Source: a virus (Duplodnaviria > Caudoviricetes). From it: a stretch of DNA of 64,000 nucleotides. Where the stretch lies: IMG/VR virus record IMGVR_UViG_3300037590_000079, positions 32,001 through 96,000 of that record, one strand, 5' to 3'. The notes beneath the pieces were generated by a model. The model saw only the letters and a list, made by a program, of their open reading frames with translations. It was not told the origin of the DNA and did not search any database. The position numbers were made by a program, and so were the translations under genes. Below, one piece after another: positions 1-7,718 of this stretch (position 1 is the stretch's first letter; every line of letters begins with the position of its first letter).

Positions 1-2
1 CC

Positions 3-203
3 GTGATTGTGGAGCCCATCACGGCGCGGGACTGGGATATCTACGGCGGCCGTGCCGGGAACGTCCGGAACCAGCGAATGCTCGATCTCGGAAAGCCCGA
101 TCTCGTCGTCGCGTTTCCTGGGCGTTCCGGCACGTTCGACATGGTCTCGCGCGCCAGGGAAAATCAGATTCCGGTTATCAGGTGCTGGAGGGGAAAAAGG
201 TGA
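3..203 (+). CDS. SLOG/DUF2493 (YspA-related) protein, 5'-truncated
   Basis: W..YG..AG.VRN..ML....PD.VVAFPG..GT.DMV.RA motif; runs off the window start. Confidence 0.7.
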   Translation: MIVEPITARDWDIYGGRAGNVRNQRMLDLGKPDLVVAFPGRSGTFDMVSRARENQIPVIRCWRGKR

Positions 204-1291
204 GCATCATGAACCTCGACGATATCATCCGCGAGCTGGATTTCGAGTTCTTTCTGGAGCGCGAAAGCATCCCCTTCAAGTCGTCGCACGGCGTGTCGGG
301 CTTGCAGTTCAACATCAAGACCTGTCCCAATCCCGCTTGCGGCGATACCCGCTGGCGGACCTATTTCGGGAACGATACCGGTGCCGGAAACTGCTTCGTC
401 TGCGACAAGGGCTTCAACAAGCTGTCGTTCATCCACATGTATCTGGGCAGCCTGCAATGGCGCGACACGATCGCCTTTGCCAAGGACATTCTGCGTGATC
501 AGGGCTGGAGGCCGCGGCGCGAGGCCGTTGTCGCGACGACCGAGCACAATGTCGTTCTGCCGATCTCGCGGTCGATCCCGCTGGAAGACGGCTCGAATCT
601 CGCCTATCTCGAAAACCGTGGCTTCACGACCGATATCGCCCGCTACTTCTCTCTCATGTGGTGCGAATTCGGATGGTGGAAGTATCACAGGGACGGCCGG
701 GAGAAGATCCAGGATTTCTCGGGTCGCGTGATCGTTCCGGTATACGATCTCGACGGAGATCTGAAAACATTCCAGGGTCGCGACATCACAGGTGGAAGTG
801 ATCGCAAATACCTGTTTCCGGCCAGTCTGCCCGGAACCGGAAAATTCCTTCTGAACGCGCACAATTTCACCGCGACGGACAGTATCGTGATGGGCGAGGG
901 GGTTTTCGACGTCGCCGCGATCAAGATGGCGCTCGACGAGGATCCCGATCTGCGCAGGGTCGTTCCGGTGGGCTCGTTCGGCAAGCATCTCTCTTACGGC
1001 TCGATGGAAGGGGACGACCAGCTCGGCCGGTTCAATATTCTGAAATCGCGTGGCCTGAAATTCGTGACGATCATGTGGGACGGCGGGGCGAAGGAGATCG
1101 TGTCCGCGCTGAACGCGGCGAAGCTGATCAACAATATCGGCCTGACCGCGCGCCTGGCCTGTCTGCCGAAAGGGAAAGATCCCAACGAGGTCACGCCCGA
1201 TATCGTGCGCAGAGCCTATTACGAGGCGAGCGTGTGGACGCCGGCGCTAGATGTGCGGTGGCGCTTGAGAAATCCCTACGGGAAAGCGTGA
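200..1291 (+). CDS. Phage DNA primase (Zn finger + TOPRIM)
   Basis: CPNPAC..CFVC Zn ribbon; FQGRDI, KYLFP, MGEGVFD and GKDPNE motifs; GTG start overlapping the upstream stop, after a GAGGGG RBS. Confidence 0.85.
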   Translation: MSIMNLDDIIRELDFEFFLERESIPFKSSHGVSGLQFNIKTCPNPACGDTRWRTYFGNDTGAGNCFVCDKGFNKLSFIHMYLGSLQWRDTIAFAKDILRDQGWRPRREAVVATTEHNVVLPISRSIPLEDGSNLAYLENRGFTTDIARYFSLMWCEFGWWKYHRDGREKIQDFSGRVIVPVYDLDGDLKTFQGRDITGGSDRKYLFPASLPGTGKFLLNAHNFTATDSIVMGEGVFDVAAIKMALDEDPDLRRVVPVGSFGKHLSYGSMEGDDQLGRFNILKSRGLKFVTIMWDGGAKEIVSALNAAKLINNIGLTARLACLPKGKDPNEVTPDIVRRAYYEASVWTPALDVRWRLRNPYGKA

Positions 1292-1325
1292 TCCCGCGAC
1301 ACGCCGCGATCATTCCGTCGCGCTG

Positions 1326-1347
1326 TCTGCTATAAGTAACTTATGAC
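1326..1347 (+). promoter_or_regulatory. Extended -10 (TGCTATA) + 16-bp operator
   Basis: TCTGCTATAAGTAACTTATGAC; representative of about 27 operator copies (see findings). Confidence 0.7.
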
Positions 1348-1369
1348 TAAAGTTCGTTGAGGGAGCGAC

Positions 1370-1915
1370 ATGAGTGATCCGTATCCGATGGAGATCTGGG
1401 GCGTTTCTCTGGAGCACGAAAAGGGCACGAAAGCGTATGATATCAAGGTCGTTTCGTCCTCCGCGGGGCCTGCCATCGTAATCTTTCGGTGGGGAAAGGT
1501 CGGTGTGCGCGGTGACATTCTCGTCAAGCGCTTCGACACCTATACCGAGGCGAAAAGCGCGGCCGAGGCCAAGAAAAGGGAGAAAAAGACCAGGGGATAC
1601 GATCAGACCTCCATTTCGGAAGCAAAAGTGGTGAATGGAAGATTTTCTCTGGTCCAGGCCATCGGCCGTCCCACACTGGCCAAGCTCGATCCTGATGACA
1701 TCACGCATATCGATCCCGATTTCGACACAAAGGGCATGCGCAGGCGCGAGCCGCCTCGGCTCGACGAGGACGGTCGGCTGAATCAGCGCGCCCTGCGCGA
1801 TAAGGAGCTGCGCGAGAAAGAGGAGCTGCGAAAGTTCCGCGAGGAACAGCGCAGGAAAGAGGAGGATGAAGCCGAATCCTTCTACAGGAACAACCCGCTA
1901 TACGGAGCATTCTGA
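1370..1915 (+). CDS. WGR-domain-like protein with C-terminal YxxNPxxGxF tag
   Basis: FRWGKVG..G....F....A.....K..EK..RGY pattern typical of WGR domains; own promoter/operator and RBS. Confidence 0.6.
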   Translation: MSDPYPMEIWGVSLEHEKGTKAYDIKVVSSSAGPAIVIFRWGKVGVRGDILVKRFDTYTEAKSAAEAKKREKKTRGYDQTSISEAKVVNGRFSLVQAIGRPTLAKLDPDDITHIDPDFDTKGMRRREPPRLDEDGRLNQRALRDKELREKEELRKFREEQRRKEEDEAESFYRNNPLYGAF

Positions 1916-2439
1916 TGAGCCACTACCAGACGCTTTTCCCCGAAAACCAGCTCAGGATCATCTGCCCGATCTTCAATGCCGAAACGAAGTTCTCGGATTG
2001 CGTGAGGCTGCGCCACAAGGTCTGGCGGGGCGAGCGGCCGGCCGTGCGGCAGGGCTGCCAGGCGTGCATGTCGGCCGGGAAATGCCCGGTTGCCGTGATC
2101 GTTCAGCGCATGGCGATGGCACCGCTTTCCGCACCGATGCCCGACGATTATCACGCGAGCGAACCCCGGCGCGGCAAGCTGAAAGCGGATGTTCTCGAAC
2201 GCATCGCACCGGTGATCGTCACCGAACGCGTGATGGCGCGCTACTCGCTTTCCGACACCGAAATCTCGGCAATCACGTCGGCGAATGCGCGCATCAGCAA
2301 GCAGGCCGGCTCCGCACCCGAGCCCACGTCTTCCTCGCCTTCGCCGCGCAAGAAGCCCGCCAGGAAGCGCGCGCCCGACAATGCCGTCAACCAGGCTGCC
2401 GCGTCCGGCGACATGTCGGCCGCTCTGAACAAGGACTGA
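1915..2439 (+). CDS. Cys-rich hypothetical protein with C-terminal AAxxGDxSAAxNK motif
   Basis: TGATG coupling to upstream gene; CP...C...CQAC....KCP. Confidence 0.75.
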   Translation: MSHYQTLFPENQLRIICPIFNAETKFSDCVRLRHKVWRGERPAVRQGCQACMSAGKCPVAVIVQRMAMAPLSAPMPDDYHASEPRRGKLKADVLERIAPVIVTERVMARYSLSDTEISAITSANARISKQAGSAPEPTSSSPSPRKKPARKRAPDNAVNQAAASGDMSAALNKD

Positions 2440-2442
2440 CCC

Positions 2443-3900
2443 ATGAACGAATATCTCAAGATCCGCGAAATCGAGAGTGTCAACGGGCGCAACGCGAAGG
2501 AAGATCTGCTGCGGGAGCTTCTCGCGCTCAAATACGGTCCCTGGATCATCAAGCACGCCTATGATCCGTTCATCACATACGGCATCACTCCGCCGCATCC
2601 CGACAGTATCGAGCAGGGCGATCTGCAAATGAGTTTTCGCCCCGAGCTGGCGCAGGGCCTTCTGGACAATCTGAGGACGCGGAAGCTGACGGGCAGGGCC
2701 GCCGAAAAGGAAGTCCATGATGTCATGAAGGCGTTCGAGCGCGACGGGCGCGATCTGCTCTACCGGATCCTGTCGAAGGATTTGAAATGCGGTATCGGCA
2801 CCACGACGATCGGCAATGTGGCGCCCGAACTGCTTCCGTCCTTCGCCGTGATGCGCGCGCAGCCCTACGAGGAGCGGCACGTCAAGCGCTGGCCGGTCAA
2901 GGTCGAATACAAGCTCGACGGCCAGCGAAATACGTTCCTGTGCCGCAACGGCGAGGGCTCGTTCTTCACCCGCTCGGGCAAGCCCGTTCCGGCGCTCGAT
3001 TTCTTCGTGCCGACGCTGATCGATCTGGCGAAGCGCGCGCCGGGCCTGGATCCTGACCTGGCGCATGTTCTGTGGAACGACGAGAACGAGCCCGATTTCA
3101 TGCTCGATGGCGAGGCGATGATGGGTCTTTTTGCCGAGACAGGTGCTCTTCGGCGCAAGAACGCAAGCGCGGAAAATGCCGAACTGCACCTTTACGACAT
3201 CATGCCTTTCGAGGATTTCGATGCGCCGAAGATAAAGACCCCGCTCCATCTTCGGCGGGCGGCGCTTGAGAGGTTCGTTCGTATCGCGAAGAAGCTCCTG
3301 CACGATACCGACAGGTCTGAAATGATCCAGATCGTGCCGCAGTATTTCGCCAATAGCCACGAGGAGATCGACCGGCTGTTCCGGCGCTCGCAGGTCAAGA
3401 CCCTCGCATCCTATCTGGCACGCGGTGACGCGGCGCGCGAGCGCGATCTGCTCAAGACCACGCTGGACAAGGTCACTGGCAAGCCGAAGGTGCTCGAAGG
3501 CGTCATGATCAAGGATCCGGATGCACCCTACGAGAAGAAGAAATCGCGCGCCTGGATGAAACTCAAGGCCGAGGAAACCGAGGATCTTGAGATCGTTGAT
3601 GCCGAACCGGGCGCGGTCGGCACGAAATACGAGGACTGCCTCGGCGCGCTGGTCGTGGATCGTGCCGGCGTGCGCGTGAAGGTCGGTGGCGGGTTCTCCG
3701 ACGAGGAGCGCGTCCAGCTTTGGAAGGACTATCAGCACGACACGGCAAAATCCGCCGCGATAGAGCCGCTCTTGCTCGGGCGTCTGGTCGAGGTCGAGTT
3801 TCACGAGGTCACGCCCGATGGCTCGCTGCGTCATCCGCGCTTCGTGCGGTTTCGCGACGACAAGCAGGGCGAAATTGAAAGCAAGGAGGATGCGGCATGA
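2443..3900 (+). CDS. ATP-dependent DNA ligase
   Basis: EYKLDGQR (motif I), LDGE, YDI, EGVMIK, WMKLK; C-terminal OB fold ending SLRHPRF..FRDDK. Confidence 0.95.
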   Translation: MNEYLKIREIESVNGRNAKEDLLRELLALKYGPWIIKHAYDPFITYGITPPHPDSIEQGDLQMSFRPELAQGLLDNLRTRKLTGRAAEKEVHDVMKAFERDGRDLLYRILSKDLKCGIGTTTIGNVAPELLPSFAVMRAQPYEERHVKRWPVKVEYKLDGQRNTFLCRNGEGSFFTRSGKPVPALDFFVPTLIDLAKRAPGLDPDLAHVLWNDENEPDFMLDGEAMMGLFAETGALRRKNASAENAELHLYDIMPFEDFDAPKIKTPLHLRRAALERFVRIAKKLLHDTDRSEMIQIVPQYFANSHEEIDRLFRRSQVKTLASYLARGDAARERDLLKTTLDKVTGKPKVLEGVMIKDPDAPYEKKKSRAWMKLKAEETEDLEIVDAEPGAVGTKYEDCLGALVVDRAGVRVKVGGGFSDEERVQLWKDYQHDTAKSAAIEPLLLGRLVEVEFHEVTPDGSLRHPRFVRFRDDKQGEIESKEDAA

Positions 3901-5249
3901 GTTTCACCGGCAAGGATCTGATCGAGATGGGCTTCGAGCCCGGTCCCTGGTTCAAGGATGCGATCCAGGCGGGCAGCGACATGCGCGCACGCGGCGCAAG
4001 CGACGAGGAGATTGCACGGGTGCTCGCCAAGTATCGGCCGCCCGAGAAGATCGCGATGCGCGACAAGGAGACGATCGGCACCTATCGCACCTTTTTGCCG
4101 AGGCCGGTCAACGAGACCGAGCTTCGGAACGAGGAAGCGGTCCACAAGGCGATGGACGAGATCATGCGTGTGCCGACCGTCGAAGCCGCGGTCGTCATGC
4201 CCGACGCGTGCCCGGCCGGAACCATTCCTGTCGGCGGTGTCGTTGCGACCAGGGACACGATCCATCCGGGCTATCACAGCGCGGACGTGTGCTGCTCGAT
4301 GGCGGTCAGCGTGTTCGGGGGCGGTGTCGATCCGAAGCGCGCGCTCGACATCATCGAGGTCTTGACGCATTTCGGCCCGACGAAGCGCTCGGCGCGTCCC
4401 GTCGAGGTTGATCCCGATCTGATCGACTCGATGGAGGACAATGTCTTTCTCAGCGGACTTGAGACCGTCGCGGTTGAGCATTTCTCCACGCAGGGCGACG
4501 GCAATCACTTCTACTATGTCGGGCACCTGGAGAACTCGGGCCATCTGGCTGTTGTCAGTCACCACGGCAGCCGCGGGCTCGGTGCCAGGCTCTACAAGCG
4601 CGGCATGCAGGCGGCGCAGCGCGAGACGGCGAAGATCGCGCGCGGCGTGCCCAAGGGGCACGCCTGGCTCAACATCAATACCGATCTGGGCGATCAGTAT
4701 TGGGAGGCGCTTCGGATTGTCCGGGAATGGACGCGACAGAACCACTTCGCCGTTCATGACGCCCTGCGCAGCCTGCTCGGCGTGACACTGCTGGATCGCT
4801 TCTGGAATCCGCACAATTTCGTGTTCCGTCGGAACGGTCTGTTCATGCACGCCAAGGGGGCCACGCCGTCCTACACCGGGCACAGTCGCGACGACGACGG
4901 TCGCACGCTCATCCCGATGAACATGGCCGAGCCGATCCTCGTCACCCGGCACGCCGAGAACGACGCGGCGCTCGGCTTCGCACCGCACGGGGCAGGGCGC
5001 AACATGAGCCGCACGCAGTTCCTGCGCGAGAACATCCCCGAGACGCCGGAGCATATCGACACGCGCTTCGCCTGCGGCATTCCCGACCCTTCGGAGTTGC
5101 CGGCCGCCTACAAGAGCGCGCACACGATCACCAATGCCATCAAGCAGCACGACCTCGCGATCATCGAGGACAGGATTCTGCCCTACGGCTCGATCATGGC
5201 CGGTGACTGGGAGCGCGACGCACCGTGGAAGAAAAGGAGACAGGAATGA
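3897..5249 (+). CDS. rtcB: RtcB family RNA ligase
   Basis: MPDAC, IPVGGV, SADVCC, GDGNHF, HHGSRG, HNF, H.KGAT, PHGAGR and SELP.AYK motifs. Confidence 0.92.
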   Translation: MSFTGKDLIEMGFEPGPWFKDAIQAGSDMRARGASDEEIARVLAKYRPPEKIAMRDKETIGTYRTFLPRPVNETELRNEEAVHKAMDEIMRVPTVEAAVVMPDACPAGTIPVGGVVATRDTIHPGYHSADVCCSMAVSVFGGGVDPKRALDIIEVLTHFGPTKRSARPVEVDPDLIDSMEDNVFLSGLETVAVEHFSTQGDGNHFYYVGHLENSGHLAVVSHHGSRGLGARLYKRGMQAAQRETAKIARGVPKGHAWLNINTDLGDQYWEALRIVREWTRQNHFAVHDALRSLLGVTLLDRFWNPHNFVFRRNGLFMHAKGATPSYTGHSRDDDGRTLIPMNMAEPILVTRHAENDAALGFAPHGAGRNMSRTQFLRENIPETPEHIDTRFACGIPDPSELPAAYKSAHTITNAIKQHDLAIIEDRILPYGSIMAGDWERDAPWKKRRQE

Positions 5250-5518
5250 CTTTCGAGGAATGGCAGGGTAGATACGATCCGATCAAAAACATGATCGCCG
5301 ACGGGGAAAGCGCTTTCGACGGCGTCATGTTCGAGACCTTCGGCCCCGAGGTCGATTTCGTCCGGGCGCATCGCGACTCCCGCGTCTGGACGCTCGTCGA
5401 GACCGAGAATGGCAACGCGATCATCAATGGCTTTCACTACGTCAACCGGATCGGGTATTTCGTCACCCGCAACCCCTACATCGAGACGGCCCCGGTCGAG
5501 GTCGTCCTGGCCGACTGA
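5246..5518 (+). CDS. Hypothetical phage protein
   Basis: AGGAG RBS, ATGA overlap; 3' end overlaps convergent repC. Confidence 0.7.
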   Translation: MTFEEWQGRYDPIKNMIADGESAFDGVMFETFGPEVDFVRAHRDSRVWTLVETENGNAIINGFHYVNRIGYFVTRNPYIETAPVEVVLAD

Positions 5519-6588
5519 TGCCTTCGGCGCATCTCGGTGTCGATCTCGATCTTCCTCTCCGCGGCCATGCGCGTCATGGCCCGGAGATATCCGCCGAAAT
5601 TCCTGATCTGCTGTGCGCCCGGACTGGGGCGTGTCTGCATCTGCACCAGGTGATAGATCATCTTGGCCGCGCCTAGGTCGCCTAGCACGCCGCGCGCTTC
5701 CATCCAGCCGTCGCGACTGACCCCGAGGATGCCTCGGCACCGGCTTGCAAGGGCGAACACCTCGTCGTCGTTCTCCGGCCGGCCGATGATCTGCACGGCG
5801 TCCGGGCATGTCTCGCGCACCAGATCGGCCCCGGCGCATGTTCTGCGCCTGTTACAAGGATTCTCGGGGATATTGGTGTTGGTGTCTTTGTGGCGGCAAA
5901 TGTTGCCGCCAGTGGCGGATAACAGCACGGCCTCGATATCGGCGCGCAGTTCGGCCCAGGCACGCAGCGTCTCGTGCGGGATGACTTTCACGGAGCGTCG
6001 CGGGAGACGCTCAGCGAGCGCCTGGGTGCGCCTTTCGAGTTCTGACGTGTCGATGCTCGGGTGATCGCGCAGGAGCGCTCTCAGAGCTTCCTGTGCGCTC
6101 CTGCGGTGTATGGTGATGGTGTCCAGCGCCTCCTTGCGCTCGCGCTCCTGCGCCTGTCGCTGCGCGACGACCTCTTTGAACTCCGACATCCTGCTCAGAA
6201 GGGGCGTCAGGTCGAAACCGTAGGCGTCGGTGACGCGGCCCTGCCTGTCGCGCCGCGCAAATCGCTTGCCGTTCGGTGAGTCCCGCATGGTGATCAGCCC
6301 GAGCCCGACCAGCCGGCCGATCGCGTGCCGGATCGTTCGCTCGGCGATACCGGTGCGGCTTTGCAGCCAGTCGTTCGACGGCCAGACCAGGATCCTGTCC
6401 CGTATCGGCTCGCCGCCATAGGCCGCGCAGAGCTGGTCGAGCAGAAACCGGCAGCTCGCGGGCAGGTCGAGGGCGCGCGCGGCCATGCGTGCCGTCTCGA
6501 ACAGGTCGGATTTCTCACTGTGATGGGGAGTGGTTGTCGAATCTGCGACGGGCGACGCCTTGCGCCATCCGCTGTGTTGAACCTGCAT
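5476..6588 (-). CDS. repC: Plasmid replication initiator RepC (repABC family), without adjacent repAB
   Basis: VWPSN..L, LV.LGLI.MRDSPNGKRFARR, AYGFDLTPL and I.NFGGYLR motifs; AGAGG RBS before ATG at 6588. Confidence 0.9.
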   Translation of the reverse strand: MQVQHSGWRKASPVADSTTTPHHSEKSDLFETARMAARALDLPASCRFLLDQLCAAYGGEPIRDRILVWPSNDWLQSRTGIAERTIRHAIGRLVGLGLITMRDSPNGKRFARRDRQGRVTDAYGFDLTPLLSRMSEFKEVVAQRQAQERERKEALDTITIHRRSAQEALRALLRDHPSIDTSELERRTQALAERLPRRSVKVIPHETLRAWAELRADIEAVLLSATGGNICRHKDTNTNIPENPCNRRRTCAGADLVRETCPDAVQIIGRPENDDEVFALASRCRGILGVSRDGWMEARGVLGDLGAAKMIYHLVQMQTRPSPGAQQIRNFGGYLRAMTRMAAERKIEIDTEMRRRHQSARTTSTGAVSM

Positions 6589-6636
6589 GATGTGCCTCTT
6601 TGGACAAAGTTTTTCCGTCCCCTTCGAGAGAAGAGG

Positions 6637-6665
6637 TTGACTTTCCGCAGGTGATTCGAGATAAC
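6637..6665 (+). promoter_or_regulatory. Sigma70 promoter for counter-transcribed RNA
   Basis: TTGACT-17 bp-GATAAC, oriented opposite to repC in its leader. Confidence 0.6.
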
Positions 6666-6671
6666 CGTCTG

Positions 6672-6749
6672 TGACATTTGTTGGTTTTCTCGGACCACAC
6701 GCTCTAGGAAGGAACCTCAAGGCTGCAACCTTGGGGTTCTTTCACTTTC
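6672..6749 (+). ncRNA. Putative antisense ctRNA (inc-type copy-number regulator) of repC
   Basis: Short unit between that promoter and an intrinsic terminator (GAACCTCAAGG-ctgcaa-CCTTGGGGTTC-TTTCACTTT), antisense to the repC leader as in repABC replicons; 5' end inferred. Confidence 0.6.
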
Positions 6750-6903
6750 TGGCTCATCGTCGTGTCATGCGAATCTCCTTTTTCTTGTGGTGTGAGTCAT
6801 AGTGATGCCCTATATGCGCCTAGAAAGAAAGAGTATGGTGGGATGTGAGAGGTGTAACCACTAGGGATGGTTTATGTAAAGGGTTACTTACTTGTTGGTC
6901 GCA

Positions 6904-6931
6904 GATTCGCATAATCCATGTTATGTTAAAT
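6904..6931 (+). other. dif-like XerC/XerD recombination site
   Basis: GATTCGCATAA-TCCATG-TTATGTTAAAT; XerD arm identical to the E. coli dif arm, 6-bp spacer. Confidence 0.85.
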
Positions 6932-6989
6932 CTCAAATTGGATTGCACTTGTGCGCCGCATGAATTTATATACTTCCCCGTCCTGTAGA

Positions 6990-7016
6990 TGCTATAAATA
7001 GTTAGCGTTTACTTAC
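6990..7016 (+). promoter_or_regulatory. Repressor-gene promoter overlapped by an operator (reverse orientation)
   Basis: TGCTATAAATA then GTTAGCGTTTACTTAC (reverse complement GTAAGTAAACGCTAAC); a second site at 6876-6891. Confidence 0.65.
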
Positions 7017-7033
7017 GGCGCAAAGGGAGCGAT

Positions 7034-7396
7034 ATGGAACATATGGAATTCGAAAAATCACGGATCGCGCAGCTCGTGGATGAGCGCGTCCAGGAGCTGC
7101 GTGGTGTAAAGTCCCAGAAGGACATTGCCCGCGAGGCCGGCTACAAGAGCCAGAACATGATCACCATGATCAAGAACGGCGATACCAAGGTTTCGCTGGA
7201 TCGCGTTCCGGATCTTGCACGGGCGCTTGAGGTCAATCCGAAAGCCTTTCTTCTTCTGGCGATGGAGCAGTTCTACTCCGGCGACCTGATCAAGAAGATG
7301 ATGATCATTCTGGAAGTCGATGGCAGCGAGCCCATCAAGAAGGACTTTCGTCCCGAGGTTCGGGAAGATCCCGCGTCTACTACGTTCAGCCGCTGA
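7034..7396 (+). CDS. XRE/Cro-CI-type HTH transcriptional regulator (candidate master repressor)
   Basis: SQKDIAREAGY.SQNMITMIKNG..KVSLDRV..LARAL; two operator copies upstream. Confidence 0.8.
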   Translation: MEHMEFEKSRIAQLVDERVQELRGVKSQKDIAREAGYKSQNMITMIKNGDTKVSLDRVPDLARALEVNPKAFLLLAMEQFYSGDLIKKMMIILEVDGSEPIKKDFRPEVREDPASTTFSR

Positions 7397-7449
7397 TTTT
7401 CTGCTATAGTTGCAACTATCGAAAGATAGCGCAACTATGGGAGAATGTC

Positions 7450-7659
7450 ATGCGGGATGCAAATGTCGGTCTGTTCTGCGAGCAAGAGATCCTTGGCGAC
7501 GAGGATGCGACGAGTTTCGTCTGCGGTATGACCGACAAGAGTTCCATCTTCGTTGAAGGTGTCGAGGTCGTTCAGGGCAAGGATCCGAACGGCCGTTTCG
7601 TCATTGTCGTCTTGCCCGTCGCGGGCGAAAGTCTCCTTCTCTTCCCTTTTGCAGGGTGA
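7450..7659 (+). CDS. Small hypothetical protein
   Basis: GGAG RBS; own TGCTATA element. Confidence 0.6.
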   Translation: MRDANVGLFCEQEILGDEDATSFVCGMTDKSSIFVEGVEVVQGKDPNGRFVIVVLPVAGESLLLFPFAG

Positions 7660-7718
7660 TGCGCTGTCATGTTACAAATCATTGTAAGTAAACGATGATT
7701 TAGGACAGAGGGGAAAAC

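Noticed and set aside
1060-1100. Primase pseudogene because TOPRIM DxD reads WDGG
   Set aside because: The ORF is intact with the other motifs present; a single variant residue cannot be judged without an alignment.
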